Source: Tolypothrix carrinoi HA7290-LM1 (lineage in GTDB: Bacteria > Cyanobacteriota > Cyanobacteriia > Cyanobacteriales > Nostocaceae). Taken from it: a DNA stretch of 64,000 nucleotides. Position 1 is the stretch's first letter. Every line of letters begins with the position of its first letter. Positions 36,778 through 47,297 of this stretch are shown here, one piece after another. Below the pieces are notes generated by a model that did not search any database, was not told where the DNA came from, and saw only the letters and a program-made list of their open reading frames with translations. The position numbers and the translations under genes are program-made. The DNA lies in assembly GCA_019358935.1 (NCBI GenBank), contig JAHHIK010000009.1, positions 44,707 to 108,706 of the forward strand, in the 5' to 3' direction.

Positions 36778-37524
36778 TTACTTACCAGCAGTAGTTTTGA
36801 GAGAGCTAAACCCGCTAATTTCTATGTATTGGGAGGTAATACCGTCCATCATCAGGTTTTGACGGCGGCGATCGCTTGCACCAAGTTCTGCAATTTGAGA
36901 TAGCATCAAGTTAGTTTGTTGTGAGTCGTGTCGCTGTTGCAGTCCGTCAGTGCGCGATTGTCCCAACATTGAGACAACCTGGGCGTTTTGGGCAGCAATC
37001 ACCTTGAGGATATTTTGTGAAGCATCCATTTCTTGCGCTTCGTTAGCCAAATCTTGCGCCGAGGCTACTGTTTGTTGGGTTGCTTCAATTTCCTTTTTGG
37101 TACGTTCTTGCCCTTTTTCGCCCAGGACACTTTCAACTGTGGCGCGGGTGGTTTCCCGTTCCAATTCGTTGGCTGCACCTACAGCACCTTCAACTGTGTT
37201 ACTTTCGTTCCAGTTACCCTTGCCCAAAAGTTGCTCTTTTAACTTATCGGCTGAGTTTACTGGGTCTGGCATATCCATACTGCCAGTCTTAATAGCAGTT
37301 TTGGCTTCGCCTTTCATCCCACCCCAACTTTGATTAATGGCAGCGGTGAGTTCGCCCTTAGTTTCTTCAAAATAGCTATTGAGTTCGCCCAATAATTCAT
37401 TAAAGAAACTATTAACATCTAGTGAGAGGGCTAGTACAGGTTCTGTTCCAAGAAAAATACATACCCCAATTACCGAGCCGATTATTAGTCGTTTTTTGGG
37501 TTGAAACTTGAATGGTCGTTTCAT
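36778..37524 (-). CDS. exported helical T4SS protein (VirB5-like)
   Basis: Signal peptide (VLA) and coiled-coil content; assigned by position. Confidence 0.5.
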   Translation of the reverse strand: MKRPFKFQPKKRLIIGSVIGVCIFLGTEPVLALSLDVNSFFNELLGELNSYFEETKGELTAAINQSWGGMKGEAKTAIKTGSMDMPDPVNSADKLKEQLLGKGNWNESNTVEGAVGAANELERETTRATVESVLGEKGQERTKKEIEATQQTVASAQDLANEAQEMDASQNILKVIAAQNAQVVSMLGQSRTDGLQQRHDSQQTNLMLSQIAELGASDRRRQNLMMDGITSQYIEISGFSSLKTTAGK

Positions 37525-37672
37525 AATTTACTCGTGTATTTGTCCATGTGGCAGTGGTAACTTAGTCTTAAATTTGGTTACTTTTAGCCACTTTTTTAGG
37601 TATTTATTCTATTAGTTTTTCTTCTATCGCTTGTACATTTAGTACGGGATTTTTACCAACTAAATTTAATGC

Positions 37673-40534
37673 TTATTGGTTGTTTTCTGTTGGTTGTTCT
37701 ATAGGTTGTACGTTGATTACGAATTTTTTATTAGTTGAATTTAATAGCTCTTTGGTTTCTTCTGTTGGTTCTTCTTGGCGAATCATTCCCACATATGCTT
37801 CAGAGAATTTAACCATTCCCAACATGGGATTTTGTTTATATTTGGTGAGATATAGGGTACGTAATTCTTGTTCGTTGGGGTTATTAGCAACGGCAGCGAG
37901 CAGGCAATAAGCTGGATAATATCTACAAAAAGTTAGTTTGCCATTATCGTCAAGTAACCACTGCGAGTAAATACTTTCGCGTTTGGGGAAGAAAGCTTCT
38001 GTGCTGTTACGAGAAATAATTTCTGATGGATATTTAAATCTGGCGATAAATGGGTCTACTGCTGATGTTTGAATCCGTCCTATAAGACGGGTTGTGAGGT
38101 TAGCGAATATCTTAGGAGCAGATTTACTTTGGAAGATACTTTCCGGTTCTTGGGCTGATAGAATAACTCTGATACCAGCTTTTGCACCGTTAGCGCAGAG
38201 TCTGCCGATTAGTTCGGCTATACTTTCAAAGTTGAAGAGAATCGGCGCTTCATCTAGGAAAAAAATCGATGCTTTACTCGACAATGCTCGACGTAGGGCG
38301 GCTGCATATGCTGAGAGTGCAAGTATTGCTGCGTCTGTTTCGCTCCCTAGCGATCGCAAGGCAAATACTAATAGCCGAGCATCTGTTCTAAAACTAGATG
38401 GTTTAGCAACTGACTGACCTACTCTTGAATTTAGCCAGAATTTTATCCGCAGTCTAATTTGGTCAAGTGCATCTAAAATATCCTTACTGTTATTGGCAAT
38501 TAAATCTAATTTGATATACCCAGGCGAACAGAAATTATAGAAATCTTGGAGAGTTGGAATATCATTCCACTCAGGTGTTCCTACACCTGATTCAAAAGCA
38601 AGTTTATATCGTAATTTGATATCATCGTCGTTAAAGAAAGTTTCAATCCCAAGGGTCAGAATACTTTCAATATTTGATATCATCGTGGGACTAACGTTAG
38701 CTCGGTTAGTACCAAGTACCATTGTCATAAGTGTTGATTTCAAGAACTCCTTGAAATCAGTCATTCGCTCTTTGATAAGCTCAGGTTCGTATCCCCTTAA
38801 GTCGGGAAGTTCAAATAAGTTATTTGCCTCCTTAGTGATGTCAAAGTAAGCACCTTCTTCACCCATCAACTGCGTATAATCTGTGAAAGTAGAACTACCG
38901 TCTGGTTTGGGATAGTCCAGGGCGATGACGGGGATACCTTGAGCTAAAGCTGGTGTTAATAACCCGGCTACTAGTACAGATTTACCAGCCCTAGTTGTAC
39001 CGAAGACTGCAAGATTTTTGTGCTGGGTGTACAAGTCGAGATGTACGGGGGTTCCTCCTTCTTCGGCTATAAGCTCAAACCCAGATTTATCGCCTGTGGA
39101 GGTACGTACTAGGGGCATAATTCCCGGTACCTCAGAAGAGAAATAGGGGAGACGGCGATTAAACGGTTTTGTTAGTAAATTTTCCCAAATAATAGGTACT
39201 GTTTGCGACCAGGTTTTCCATGCGTATTCTATTTCTCTATCAACTACTGTCGGTCGTAGGAAACAACTGGAGATATATCTGCAAGCTTCATCAAGTTTTT
39301 GACGGCTGCTACGGTAAATACAGAAGACAACCGCCGTGTGGATAGGGATAGAACCATTAAGGATAGTTTCTTGTGCCCGCACAGCCTCCTCGATGTTCAT
39401 GTTTGCCTTGACATCAATAGAGCCTTTATCGGCAGACATGGCGCTGGAAGTTATTGACTGTTTGGTTATGCGCTGAAGGGCAGTTTTAGCTAGTCCTTGG
39501 TTAGCCTTGGATAACTGGCAGATAATTTCGGTATCAGAGATTTTCTCTTTAGAAATTACCTCCCAGAGGTATCGTAGTTGGTCGTACTCATCAACCCAGC
39601 CTTGAGGTTTTTCGCTAAATTGTAGGACACCGATATACTTGTTTTGGAGTTTGACCCAGCTGCGGTCGAGGAAGGGAACCGATTGTTCGTTTTCCAGGAC
39701 TAAGTGTTTGATATGGAAATCGCTTGTTTGTTCTTCTTTGAGTCCTGTTTCATCAAGGATAAGGCGATTGGGGATGGGGGGTACTTCACTACGGTTAAAT
39801 TGATTCCAGATAACTTCCCAGATATCGCTTGCTGTAAGTACTTTGGCGCTTAACCCCATTGTGTTGGAGATAATTTGCTCCCACATTTGAAATCCAGATG
39901 TGAAGCTATCTTTTAAAATAGTTTCAATGCGCTGGTGCCTGACAGCATGAATTTCTCCAGTAAATCCTTGCCAGTATGTTTGCAGTTGCTTGATAGTTTT
40001 TTCAATGGGGTCGTTGCTTTTGCTGCTTTCAGCTGCAAGTACGGTATAAGTACACCAGAAGCGGAGGAATTTATTTTTACGTACCCCTGCGAGTGTGAGT
40101 TCGCGCGCTCGCAGGCGTTCTGACCTTATTAGTAGAGTTAGCTGTTCGAGATCGCACTGTTTTTCGACTTTCTTCAGCTCTTGTTGCCGAAAGGTATCAT
40201 CGGTAAACGAACCAATGTGGATTGTTAGGGTTTCGCGTTCGGGTAGTTCCTTGAGTCCACCCTCGATATTTTCAAATATAGGTAGGATTTGTTCTTCAAG
40301 AAGGGATGGGTGAATCCCTTGGATATCAAAGCAAAACCTAATTTGAATATCTTCCTTTTTCTTGAGAATGACTGCGCCAACATTCTTACGACCGCCAAGT
40401 GAGATACTTGCAATTCCTGCTAAGTGGGTAATATCCTCAAATGGCGTGAGACCTTTTACTACCCCAAGTTGTTCGGTTTCGAGGGATTGTCTGCCAAGTT
40501 TATCTTTTGGCTTCTTGGGTTTGGTCGAAGTCAT
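37673..40534 (-). CDS. VirB4-like T4SS ATPase
   Basis: 953 aa, Walker A GTTRAGKS, Walker B FFLDEAP. Confidence 0.85.
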   Translation of the reverse strand: MTSTKPKKPKDKLGRQSLETEQLGVVKGLTPFEDITHLAGIASISLGGRKNVGAVILKKKEDIQIRFCFDIQGIHPSLLEEQILPIFENIEGGLKELPERETLTIHIGSFTDDTFRQQELKKVEKQCDLEQLTLLIRSERLRARELTLAGVRKNKFLRFWCTYTVLAAESSKSNDPIEKTIKQLQTYWQGFTGEIHAVRHQRIETILKDSFTSGFQMWEQIISNTMGLSAKVLTASDIWEVIWNQFNRSEVPPIPNRLILDETGLKEEQTSDFHIKHLVLENEQSVPFLDRSWVKLQNKYIGVLQFSEKPQGWVDEYDQLRYLWEVISKEKISDTEIICQLSKANQGLAKTALQRITKQSITSSAMSADKGSIDVKANMNIEEAVRAQETILNGSIPIHTAVVFCIYRSSRQKLDEACRYISSCFLRPTVVDREIEYAWKTWSQTVPIIWENLLTKPFNRRLPYFSSEVPGIMPLVRTSTGDKSGFELIAEEGGTPVHLDLYTQHKNLAVFGTTRAGKSVLVAGLLTPALAQGIPVIALDYPKPDGSSTFTDYTQLMGEEGAYFDITKEANNLFELPDLRGYEPELIKERMTDFKEFLKSTLMTMVLGTNRANVSPTMISNIESILTLGIETFFNDDDIKLRYKLAFESGVGTPEWNDIPTLQDFYNFCSPGYIKLDLIANNSKDILDALDQIRLRIKFWLNSRVGQSVAKPSSFRTDARLLVFALRSLGSETDAAILALSAYAAALRRALSSKASIFFLDEAPILFNFESIAELIGRLCANGAKAGIRVILSAQEPESIFQSKSAPKIFANLTTRLIGRIQTSAVDPFIARFKYPSEIISRNSTEAFFPKRESIYSQWLLDDNGKLTFCRYYPAYCLLAAVANNPNEQELRTLYLTKYKQNPMLGMVKFSEAYVGMIRQEEPTEETKELLNSTNKKFVINVQPIEQPTENNQ

Positions 40535-40575
40535 GACGATAACTCTCTGCGTTAATATTTCTTGACAATTGAAGA

Positions 40576-40908
40576 TTATTTGCGCTTTTTGCGTTTGGGT
40601 TTTCTTGTTGGTGAGGATGGTGGATTCACCAGTGACACGAAGGGTTTATATCCGCGAGTGATGCGGGGAGTACCGACAAACTTACCTAAGAAGGCTTTAT
40701 TTGATGTGACCGTCCACCAAGTTGCCCATCCCCAGGTGATTGATATTCCCGTTGCCAGCCATCCTGCTTGAAGAAATCCCTGAACTACGAAATACATAAT
40801 GAGTGCGATCGCACTCCAAGGAACAATTTGGTCGGCAGGAAATGGACCGAGCCGAGGTTGGTCGCCTAAGACTTGGTTGACGGTACGGAATTCTCTGTCT
40901 CTAGGCAT
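40576..40908 (-). CDS. VirB3-like membrane protein
   Basis: Small two-TM protein directly upstream of VirB4. Confidence 0.6.
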   Translation of the reverse strand: MPRDREFRTVNQVLGDQPRLGPFPADQIVPWSAIALIMYFVVQGFLQAGWLATGISITWGWATWWTVTSNKAFLGKFVGTPRITRGYKPFVSLVNPPSSPTRKPKRKKRK

Positions 40909-40956
40909 TGCTTTTTGGGTTGGGAGTGGTAAAAAACCACTCCTTTCATGATTTGA

Positions 40957-41577
40957 TTAGCCGACTGCGCCACCGCCACCAACGACGAGTCCTGAAAGAA
41001 TGTCACCAACAACTACGGTGATGGCGATAATAATTGGGGTACGGGCAATGGTCTGCCAATCTTCGTCATTTCTTGCTGCTTGCACCACCCGAATAAGACC
41101 TATAGCAAGATAGATAAGGAACAGACCGCGCAGTACTGCGAAGATGAATCCAGTTACTTTTTGATCTATACCGGGGAAGTAATTGGCATCTTTGAAGAAT
41201 TTTTCAGCGTTGTTCATGAATTGGGCGCTGGCGGGTGCAACTGACATATCCAGTAGAAATACCGCACCCACTAAGCAAAACATGATTGTGTAAATGTTTA
41301 CGCCGTACTTGCGCTGCCATTTTTCAAAGTTGGAAAGCAGGCTGTTTGCTTCTTTGGGCATTAATGCGACACCGGCAGTAGCGAACGCTAATGATGCCAT
41401 GAGCATATTGTGGATTGAAATATCTACAAGCATCAATCCGGTACCAACAACCATCAAACCGGCGATTGTGCCATTTTCTTTTGAATTGCGGCGGCGACGT
41501 ACTGGTGCGGGATATCCGTATTCTTGTTCGTATGATGTGTAGTCGTTATTGTAATCGGGGTCGTAGTTTGTTCTCAT
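40957..41577 (-). CDS. VirB2/pilin-like membrane protein
   Basis: APASAQF processing-like site followed by two hydrophobic helices; first gene of the T4SS run. Confidence 0.55.
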   Translation of the reverse strand: MRTNYDPDYNNDYTSYEQEYGYPAPVRRRRNSKENGTIAGLMVVGTGLMLVDISIHNMLMASLAFATAGVALMPKEANSLLSNFEKWQRKYGVNIYTIMFCLVGAVFLLDMSVAPASAQFMNNAEKFFKDANYFPGIDQKVTGFIFAVLRGLFLIYLAIGLIRVVQAARNDEDWQTIARTPIIIAITVVVGDILSGLVVGGGGAVG

Positions 41578-41880
41578 GTGCGCGTAATTATGAATTTATG
41601 AGAGCTAATTTCAACAAAAAGAACGGCGTTGGGTATTTTAGTCCCGGCAAAGTACCCTACGAGAAGAGCAAAGCCTAATGGAGAATTGGTATTTTTTTAA
41701 ACTCTTAAAAGCTTTGCGGCTTATGTGTTTATTCTATGGGTGGTAGTAATTCGGATACATCCGATTAATTGTTTAAGTTTTGACGTTATCTTTGCCTATG
41801 AAGTGTTGAAGTAAATTTTAAATATAGTTGGATTGACAAAGTTAATAATGTATCTCAACCTTATTTTGAAGCAAAGTAAA

Positions 41881-41910
41881 ATCCCTAAAAGCAACTTTGC
41901 TTTTAGGGAT
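41881..41910. terminator. perfect hairpin, possible terminator
   Basis: ATCCCTAAAAGCAA-CT-TTGCTTTTAGGGAT. Confidence 0.5.
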
Positions 41911-41943
41911 TGAATACCTGATTATTGCTAATACATTAAGGCA

Positions 41944-42155
41944 AAAAAAGTGACTAGCCTTGTTTTCTATATCCTCTCCCAAAGGGAGACGCTCTTGCGC
42001 GAACGATACAAGAGCGACTTTTTACTTTAGAAGGCGTGGGAGCCAAAACCTTAGAAATAGGGCAGGCTTTATTAACTAGTCGTAGGGTGTTGGATACTGA
42101 TGTTCGGATGAGAAGCCTGCCCTATTTCTTACGGCAACTTCCAGGTCACTTTTTT
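41944..42155. repeat. nested inverted-repeat element
   Basis: Outer AAAAAAGTGAC/GTCACTTTTTT; inner 17-bp AGAAATAGGGCAGGCTT/AAGCCTGCCCTATTTCT; two small hairpins. Confidence 0.7.
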
Positions 42156-42197
42156 CCGACTTCCTCCACTAATATGTTATTTGATGATGAATTGAGA

Positions 42198-42725
42198 CTA
42201 TTTAATATTTAGTTTTATAAATTTACCATTATTTAACCCTAGAGAATCTACGCTATTTGCGGGCAATTCTATTACTTGATTTACAGGATGAACTGAATTG
42301 TATTTAGGACATTCCCTCGTTGTACAGGGTGGTGCATTCCTGACGATATGTTTAATTTCTCCATCTTTGAGAAATATCATATCTAGGGGGATGTGAGTAT
42401 CCTTCATCCACAGGCTAATTGGTTCGGGTTTGTTGATAACAAATAGCATTCCGTGGTTGTTCGGTAAGTATGAGCGGAATTTGAGTCCTTTAGATAGTTC
42501 CTTATTTTCTCTTGCTACCTCTAGTTGGAAGGTTTGATTGTTGGTAGTAAAGCTTGCACTAATCGGTAGGTACTGGGGCTGACAAGTCCAAAAGTAGAGT
42601 GCTAGGGGTGAGAGAGCAGCAGTAAAGCCAGCAATTGGTCCAGCGAAATTCAGAATTTTGAAGAATAGGCTTTTTTCTGGAGTTTGCGATCGCTTAGTTT
42701 GATTGGTTTGTTTTGTGAATTCCAT
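42198..42725 (-). CDS. DUF192 family protein
   Basis: LEVA...GLKFR...GMLF...WMKDTHIPLDMIF...VIELPA; likely start is the ATG at 42725. Confidence 0.88.
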   Translation of the reverse strand: MEFTKQTNQTKRSQTPEKSLFFKILNFAGPIAGFTAALSPLALYFWTCQPQYLPISASFTTNNQTFQLEVARENKELSKGLKFRSYLPNNHGMLFVINKPEPISLWMKDTHIPLDMIFLKDGEIKHIVRNAPPCTTRECPKYNSVHPVNQVIELPANSVDSLGLNNGKFIKLNIK

Positions 42726-42930
42726 AATTTTAGATAAATCAAGTAGCAAAGTGGTTAGATTTCTATCGTTTAATTGGAGATTTAATGCAGTTAAAACTGC
42801 ATGAGTTGCTTTCCTTCGAGGTCGTGCTAACACGCTCGTTTACCGCATACCAAGAGGTTTATTATGAACTGGTATGCTTGCATTGATTCCCAAACATTTC
42901 TGGAAACTTTGAACTGATTTATGATGTTTG

Positions 42931-44589
42931 CTAGCTGAAAATATCAATGTTACCAACAGCAAATTTAGACTCATCGAGGGGGCTAGATGGTAAAGCTTGT
43001 TGGTCTGCCTTATTCCGCATCGACTCAACTTTATCAGCTTCTCGAATGGCAAGGGGGTTCATCTGGCGGCGTTCTTCTAACAGTGCTTCGATGGTTAGTT
43101 CGAGTGGAGGAAGTTCGCTTGGATTATGCGTATTTTCTGCTACTGTCTCATAGAATATTGTACTGGCGGCGCGTTCGACAATTGTCTGGATTTCAGCACC
43201 TACACACCTATTGGTAGCTTTAAGTATTCTGCGCCACTGTTCTGAGTCCCAAGGGTCGCCGCCATTACGGAATCGCTTGTCAAATCGAGCGGCGTGCAGT
43301 TTGAAGATAGTATACCTTTCCCCATTGTTGGGCAGGTCTATCTTGAATAGGTAGTCAAACCGTCCGGCGCGGGTTAACTCTGGCGGCAACCACTCCATAC
43401 GGTTGACAGAGGCGATAATTAATACATCTGACTGTCTTTCTTGCATCCATGTCAATAGCTTACCCGCTAATCGTTTAGCTAGGTCATCATCACCGGCAAA
43501 ACCTTTATCAAAATCGTCAAAATAAAGTATTATTTGTGACAATTTATCGGCTAATTTGAGCAATCGTTCGAGTTTGATTTCAGCGAGAGAGCCGAAACTG
43601 CGGAAGTTGCCCCAATCGACCATTATTAAGGGTATGCCCATATTCTGGGAGCAGGTTTTTGCCGAATGGGATTTACCCGTCCCTGGTGGTCCTACTAGCA
43701 TAATACCTTTGGGTACTTTGAGGTTATATTGCTTGGCGCGGGGGGTAAGCAGCCTTTTGAATTTTTTGAATGACTCTTGCATAAGTTCTAACCCACCGAG
43801 TTGGACTTTGGGTGGGGGTAAAAACTCAATATCATAGAGGCGGTTGAGGAGTTGAATTTTATGTTTGAGGAGGGATTGCGCTACAGATCCTGAATTACTG
43901 AAATCTGTGGTTTTTCTAATACATGCGAGCAGGTTAAGTATATCTGATATATACAACCCCATTCCGGCGTTCGCTACTGTGAGGTAGTCTGTATCTGCAT
44001 ATTCTGGGGGTAGTACACAGCCTTGAGTGAGTGATTTGATAATTTCTCCTACATCAGGTAAATCTTGTTTCCAGATAGGAATTTCGGCGGCGATATCGCT
44101 ACTAATATCAGCAGTTGCTCCGAGAAGTAGGGCAACTTTACCAGTATTCTGGTTATAAAGTTTAATATTAATCAGTGAAGATTTAATCCACTCTGATATT
44201 AATAAAAATTCAGCTTCTGGTAAACTATTTTCTTGAATCCAAGGGTATATATTCTCGACGATTAATACCCCATTTTCCTGATATTCTTTCCAAAAATTGA
44301 GTATCTGAAAATAATCTTCTTTATTATGTTTTGGTTTGGGAATGTAGCCTTTAAATTCTCCAATCGCTAATTTTAAATTTTCTACTGTCAATTCTTTGAT
44401 ACTCTCTTCTCCCAGGTTCCAAAGGTAGCATTTATTTCCAGTGGTTTGGCAGAACTGGCTGATATGGGTGAGCAGGCGCAGTCTTTCCTGGAGGGGAGAT
44501 TCGCAGGCGATGAGGGGATATTGTTCTTGAATCAGTCCTTCGAGTATCTGGAAGCTGTACATACCTTGTCCGGAGTGTTTTTGGTACAT
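42931..44589 (-). CDS. Ycf46-like AAA+ ATPase
   Basis: LGGLELM, GPPGTGKS, LLTWMQE, LPPELTRAGRFD. Confidence 0.85.
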   Translation of the reverse strand: MYQKHSGQGMYSFQILEGLIQEQYPLIACESPLQERLRLLTHISQFCQTTGNKCYLWNLGEESIKELTVENLKLAIGEFKGYIPKPKHNKEDYFQILNFWKEYQENGVLIVENIYPWIQENSLPEAEFLLISEWIKSSLINIKLYNQNTGKVALLLGATADISSDIAAEIPIWKQDLPDVGEIIKSLTQGCVLPPEYADTDYLTVANAGMGLYISDILNLLACIRKTTDFSNSGSVAQSLLKHKIQLLNRLYDIEFLPPPKVQLGGLELMQESFKKFKRLLTPRAKQYNLKVPKGIMLVGPPGTGKSHSAKTCSQNMGIPLIMVDWGNFRSFGSLAEIKLERLLKLADKLSQIILYFDDFDKGFAGDDDLAKRLAGKLLTWMQERQSDVLIIASVNRMEWLPPELTRAGRFDYLFKIDLPNNGERYTIFKLHAARFDKRFRNGGDPWDSEQWRRILKATNRCVGAEIQTIVERAASTIFYETVAENTHNPSELPPLELTIEALLEERRQMNPLAIREADKVESMRNKADQQALPSSPLDESKFAVGNIDIFS

Positions 44590-44757
44590 TGTCTTCCATC
44601 TGACTCTTAATCTGCATCCAATTTTAGTTGTAAAAAATATGCAACATTTATTGGTTTAAATTACTTCTGCATAGCTGTAAAACTGAGTGTAACACTATTT
44701 TTTATTTGAAGAATATGTGAAGTTGCAGCCTATTATTTAAAGTTTTGATTAATAAGC

Positions 44758-45345
44758 ATGACTAAATCGTCATTACCAGTTCCGTCTTTTCCCCAAATAT
44801 TTGTCCCCCAATTGGTTAAAGATAATAAATTTGCTCCCGTGACTGCACCTTCGGGTACGGGTGATGCTCCTGTAGGTGCAAGTGAGAAATTATTTGAGAA
44901 TGTCTTGAAGCATTACTTTGGTGAGGGACTTGTTTTACCCCAACAGAAGATGTTACCGACGGGGCACGATTTACATTACACGGCTGACTTTTTGATTGTG
45001 GAACCCACTACTGGGCTACACCTAGATGTTGAAGTTGATGAGCCGATATCGTTTGCGACTCTTAAACCTACCCACTGTGTTGGGGAGGATGATTATCGCA
45101 ACAAGTGCTTTGTCGAAGCTAACTGGGTGGTGGTGCGGTTTGCAGAAGAACAGGTTTCCAGCCAGCCGGAGCGTTGCGCGCTTGTTATAGCTACTGCGAT
45201 CGCAAAACTGACGGGCAATACTACATATGAAGAGAAGTTGCGCCATGCGGGTAGGGTAGATGCTATCAAGCAATGGACACCTCGTCAGGCTACGAAGTTG
45301 AAGAAAGGTAATTACCGTCAGGGTTATTTGGCAAGGAGGAACTAG
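44758..45345 (+). CDS. DUF559/Vsr-like endonuclease domain protein
   Basis: YTADF...DVEVDEP...H...DDYRNKCF...WVVVRFAEEQV. Confidence 0.75.
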   Translation: MTKSSLPVPSFPQIFVPQLVKDNKFAPVTAPSGTGDAPVGASEKLFENVLKHYFGEGLVLPQQKMLPTGHDLHYTADFLIVEPTTGLHLDVEVDEPISFATLKPTHCVGEDDYRNKCFVEANWVVVRFAEEQVSSQPERCALVIATAIAKLTGNTTYEEKLRHAGRVDAIKQWTPRQATKLKKGNYRQGYLARRN

Positions 45346-45428
45346 TACAGTTTTTCAGGTATTTAGCCGAGAGCGCTGGGCTACTAAGTAGGTGGTATTT
45401 TCGAGAAAAAATTAGGGAGTTTATCAAG

Positions 45429-45746
45429 ATGAGCAAGTGCGTTACATATTATATCCAGACGAATCCAATTGACCAACTTGTCGAGTATTTCGGCACAACG
45501 CTAGAGAAACTTACCCTAGCTGATAAGCTGGCATTGCGGGTAACATTAACATATTGGTTATTCCACCGCGAAGTCGCTGATTTAGGTGAGTATACTTTAA
45601 ATCATGCTATGGAAGATACGATGCAAGGATATTCAGGAGACTGTCAAATTAACCTGAAAGAAGCGATTGCCATTTTAGAAGGTATTGGCAAGGATGAAGC
45701 AGAAGGGTTAATTGAATCACTTACGGCTCAACTGCGCTGTTTGTAA
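45429..45746 (+). CDS. hypothetical protein
   Basis: 105-aa ORF with a GGGAG ribosome-binding site. Confidence 0.7.
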   Translation: MSKCVTYYIQTNPIDQLVEYFGTTLEKLTLADKLALRVTLTYWLFHREVADLGEYTLNHAMEDTMQGYSGDCQINLKEAIAILEGIGKDEAEGLIESLTAQLRCL

Positions 45747-45897
45747 AAAATATTGAACTAACGGCTTTGGGCTTTGGCGCTAAGTAGGAAAGCACAAATA
45801 AACACAACTATGTGAATAAAGATTAAGGTATTAAAATCTTCTTCCCTTTAGCATAACTGCCTTGTCTCAACGACAAATATTTATGCTGACCTACTTA

Positions 45898-46281
45898 TCA
45901 TACGGGAATTAGTTTAAGTTCTTTTAATCGTTCCTGAATACCTACTACCTCAACTTTCCAGAATTTTTCAATTGCCAGGTAGAGTTTTTCAAACTCTTCT
46001 GGCTGTTTTTCTAAGAAATTATTTAATTTCAGAGCTAAAGTATCTTCATCTATTGAATGATTGCTGTAAAAAGCTACTATTGTCTCGTCTTTTGAACCTT
46101 CACGGTCAAATGTAATGCCACACTTAATCTCTTGAATAAATATTTTGGGCGTGGGAAATTTGTTTTCTCTATCTTTGAAACTGAGGGCTATACTTTTGAG
46201 TTCTTCTATTGAAAAATTTTCCATGTTTCTCATACCTACATACTCTTTTATATTTGTATCTTCATTAAATAAAGTTGTCAA
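45898..46281 (-). CDS. hypothetical protein
   Basis: 127-aa ORF; start uncertain. Confidence 0.55.
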   Translation of the reverse strand: MTTLFNEDTNIKEYVGMRNMENFSIEELKSIALSFKDRENKFPTPKIFIQEIKCGITFDREGSKDETIVAFYSNHSIDEDTLALKLNNFLEKQPEEFEKLYLAIEKFWKVEVVGIQERLKELKLIPV

Positions 46282-46488
46282 ATATAAAAAAAATAGAGGC
46301 AGTATTTAAATACTACCTCTATAAAGGAGTAGTTTCACTCCTTGCACCACTTAATTTAAGCACTAGCTTATGCCGTAGTATTACTACAGTTCACATTTAA
46401 TTTGTGTTAGTTTAATTGTTCACGACTCCACTACTTATCCAAAGGGCTTATATGTGCTAGTTGTTCAACTTCCTGTTTGGCTTAAGGT

Positions 46489-47193
46489 TTAGGTCTCGCT
46501 TTTCCCGCATTGTTTGGTGCAGGGTACGGCAGCAGTTAGGTTTATTTCAATGGGGTATTTGCCCTTTAGCCCCAAGACTATTTCTGTGGCAGCGGTATCG
46601 ACTCCTAGTGCCATGCCAGAATAAAACTGAATGCGTTTGTATCCCCATTCAAGTGCGCGATTGCAAGCACGAACAATCATGCCTTCAAGTCGGCTATGTA
46701 CCTGCTTCCATCCCGACTCATCAAATTTTTTATGCCTGTTTCCTGTGAATGCCACTTTTAGGGTTGGTTTATCTTCTATGAGGCAATCAACAAACTCTTG
46801 GGGGAGCCAGATATTGGGAGGAAGATTGAAATTGCCAATCAGGGAAGCTATCTCTAAATCGGTGTATCCAGCAAGGTTGCATCCAATCCTGGTTGTTAGG
46901 AATTCTAGTTCAGGATGAGTATTTGCATATTCGACTAGTTTCTCAATTTGAGATTTGATTTGGGGAAGGGGGATTGACCGGATACCCTTATTTAAGTCTT
47001 TGGTTGCGATCGCCCAGGATTGTCCTTGTCGTCCTTGGGGATTGCCGTATTCTGCATTGCAGTACTGTCGCGCAAATAAAGCACTTCCAGCGCCATGTCT
47101 TCCTTCTGTGTTGCTGCCAAAGACAAAAATCTGGTCTTTTAGTAGTTTGGTAATTCTGTCAGGAATAATTTTGTAGGGATGATTATTTGACAT
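46489..47193 (-). CDS. A1S_2505-like phage protein fused to a truncated YspA/SLOG domain
   Basis: IFVFGSNTEGRHGAGSA...GQSWAIATK...TRIGCNLAG, then VAFTGNR...SGMALGVD...AAVPC followed by an early stop. Confidence 0.75.
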   Translation of the reverse strand: MSNNHPYKIIPDRITKLLKDQIFVFGSNTEGRHGAGSALFARQYCNAEYGNPQGRQGQSWAIATKDLNKGIRSIPLPQIKSQIEKLVEYANTHPELEFLTTRIGCNLAGYTDLEIASLIGNFNLPPNIWLPQEFVDCLIEDKPTLKVAFTGNRHKKFDESGWKQVHSRLEGMIVRACNRALEWGYKRIQFYSGMALGVDTAATEIVLGLKGKYPIEINLTAAVPCTKQCGKSET

Positions 47194-47297
47194 TTGGTTA
47201 TTTTATCCAAAAGATGCATATTGGGCTATTTTTAGTTAAATTTTTCTACTTTATATAAACTGATAGTAGAATGAATTCCTATCAGTTTATATTTTTA

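Noticed and set aside
41645..41676. GGCAAA...GCAAAGCC resembling a c-di-GMP-I riboswitch
   Set aside because: It lacks the intervening GAAA-capped stem and lies on the strand opposite the T4SS genes.
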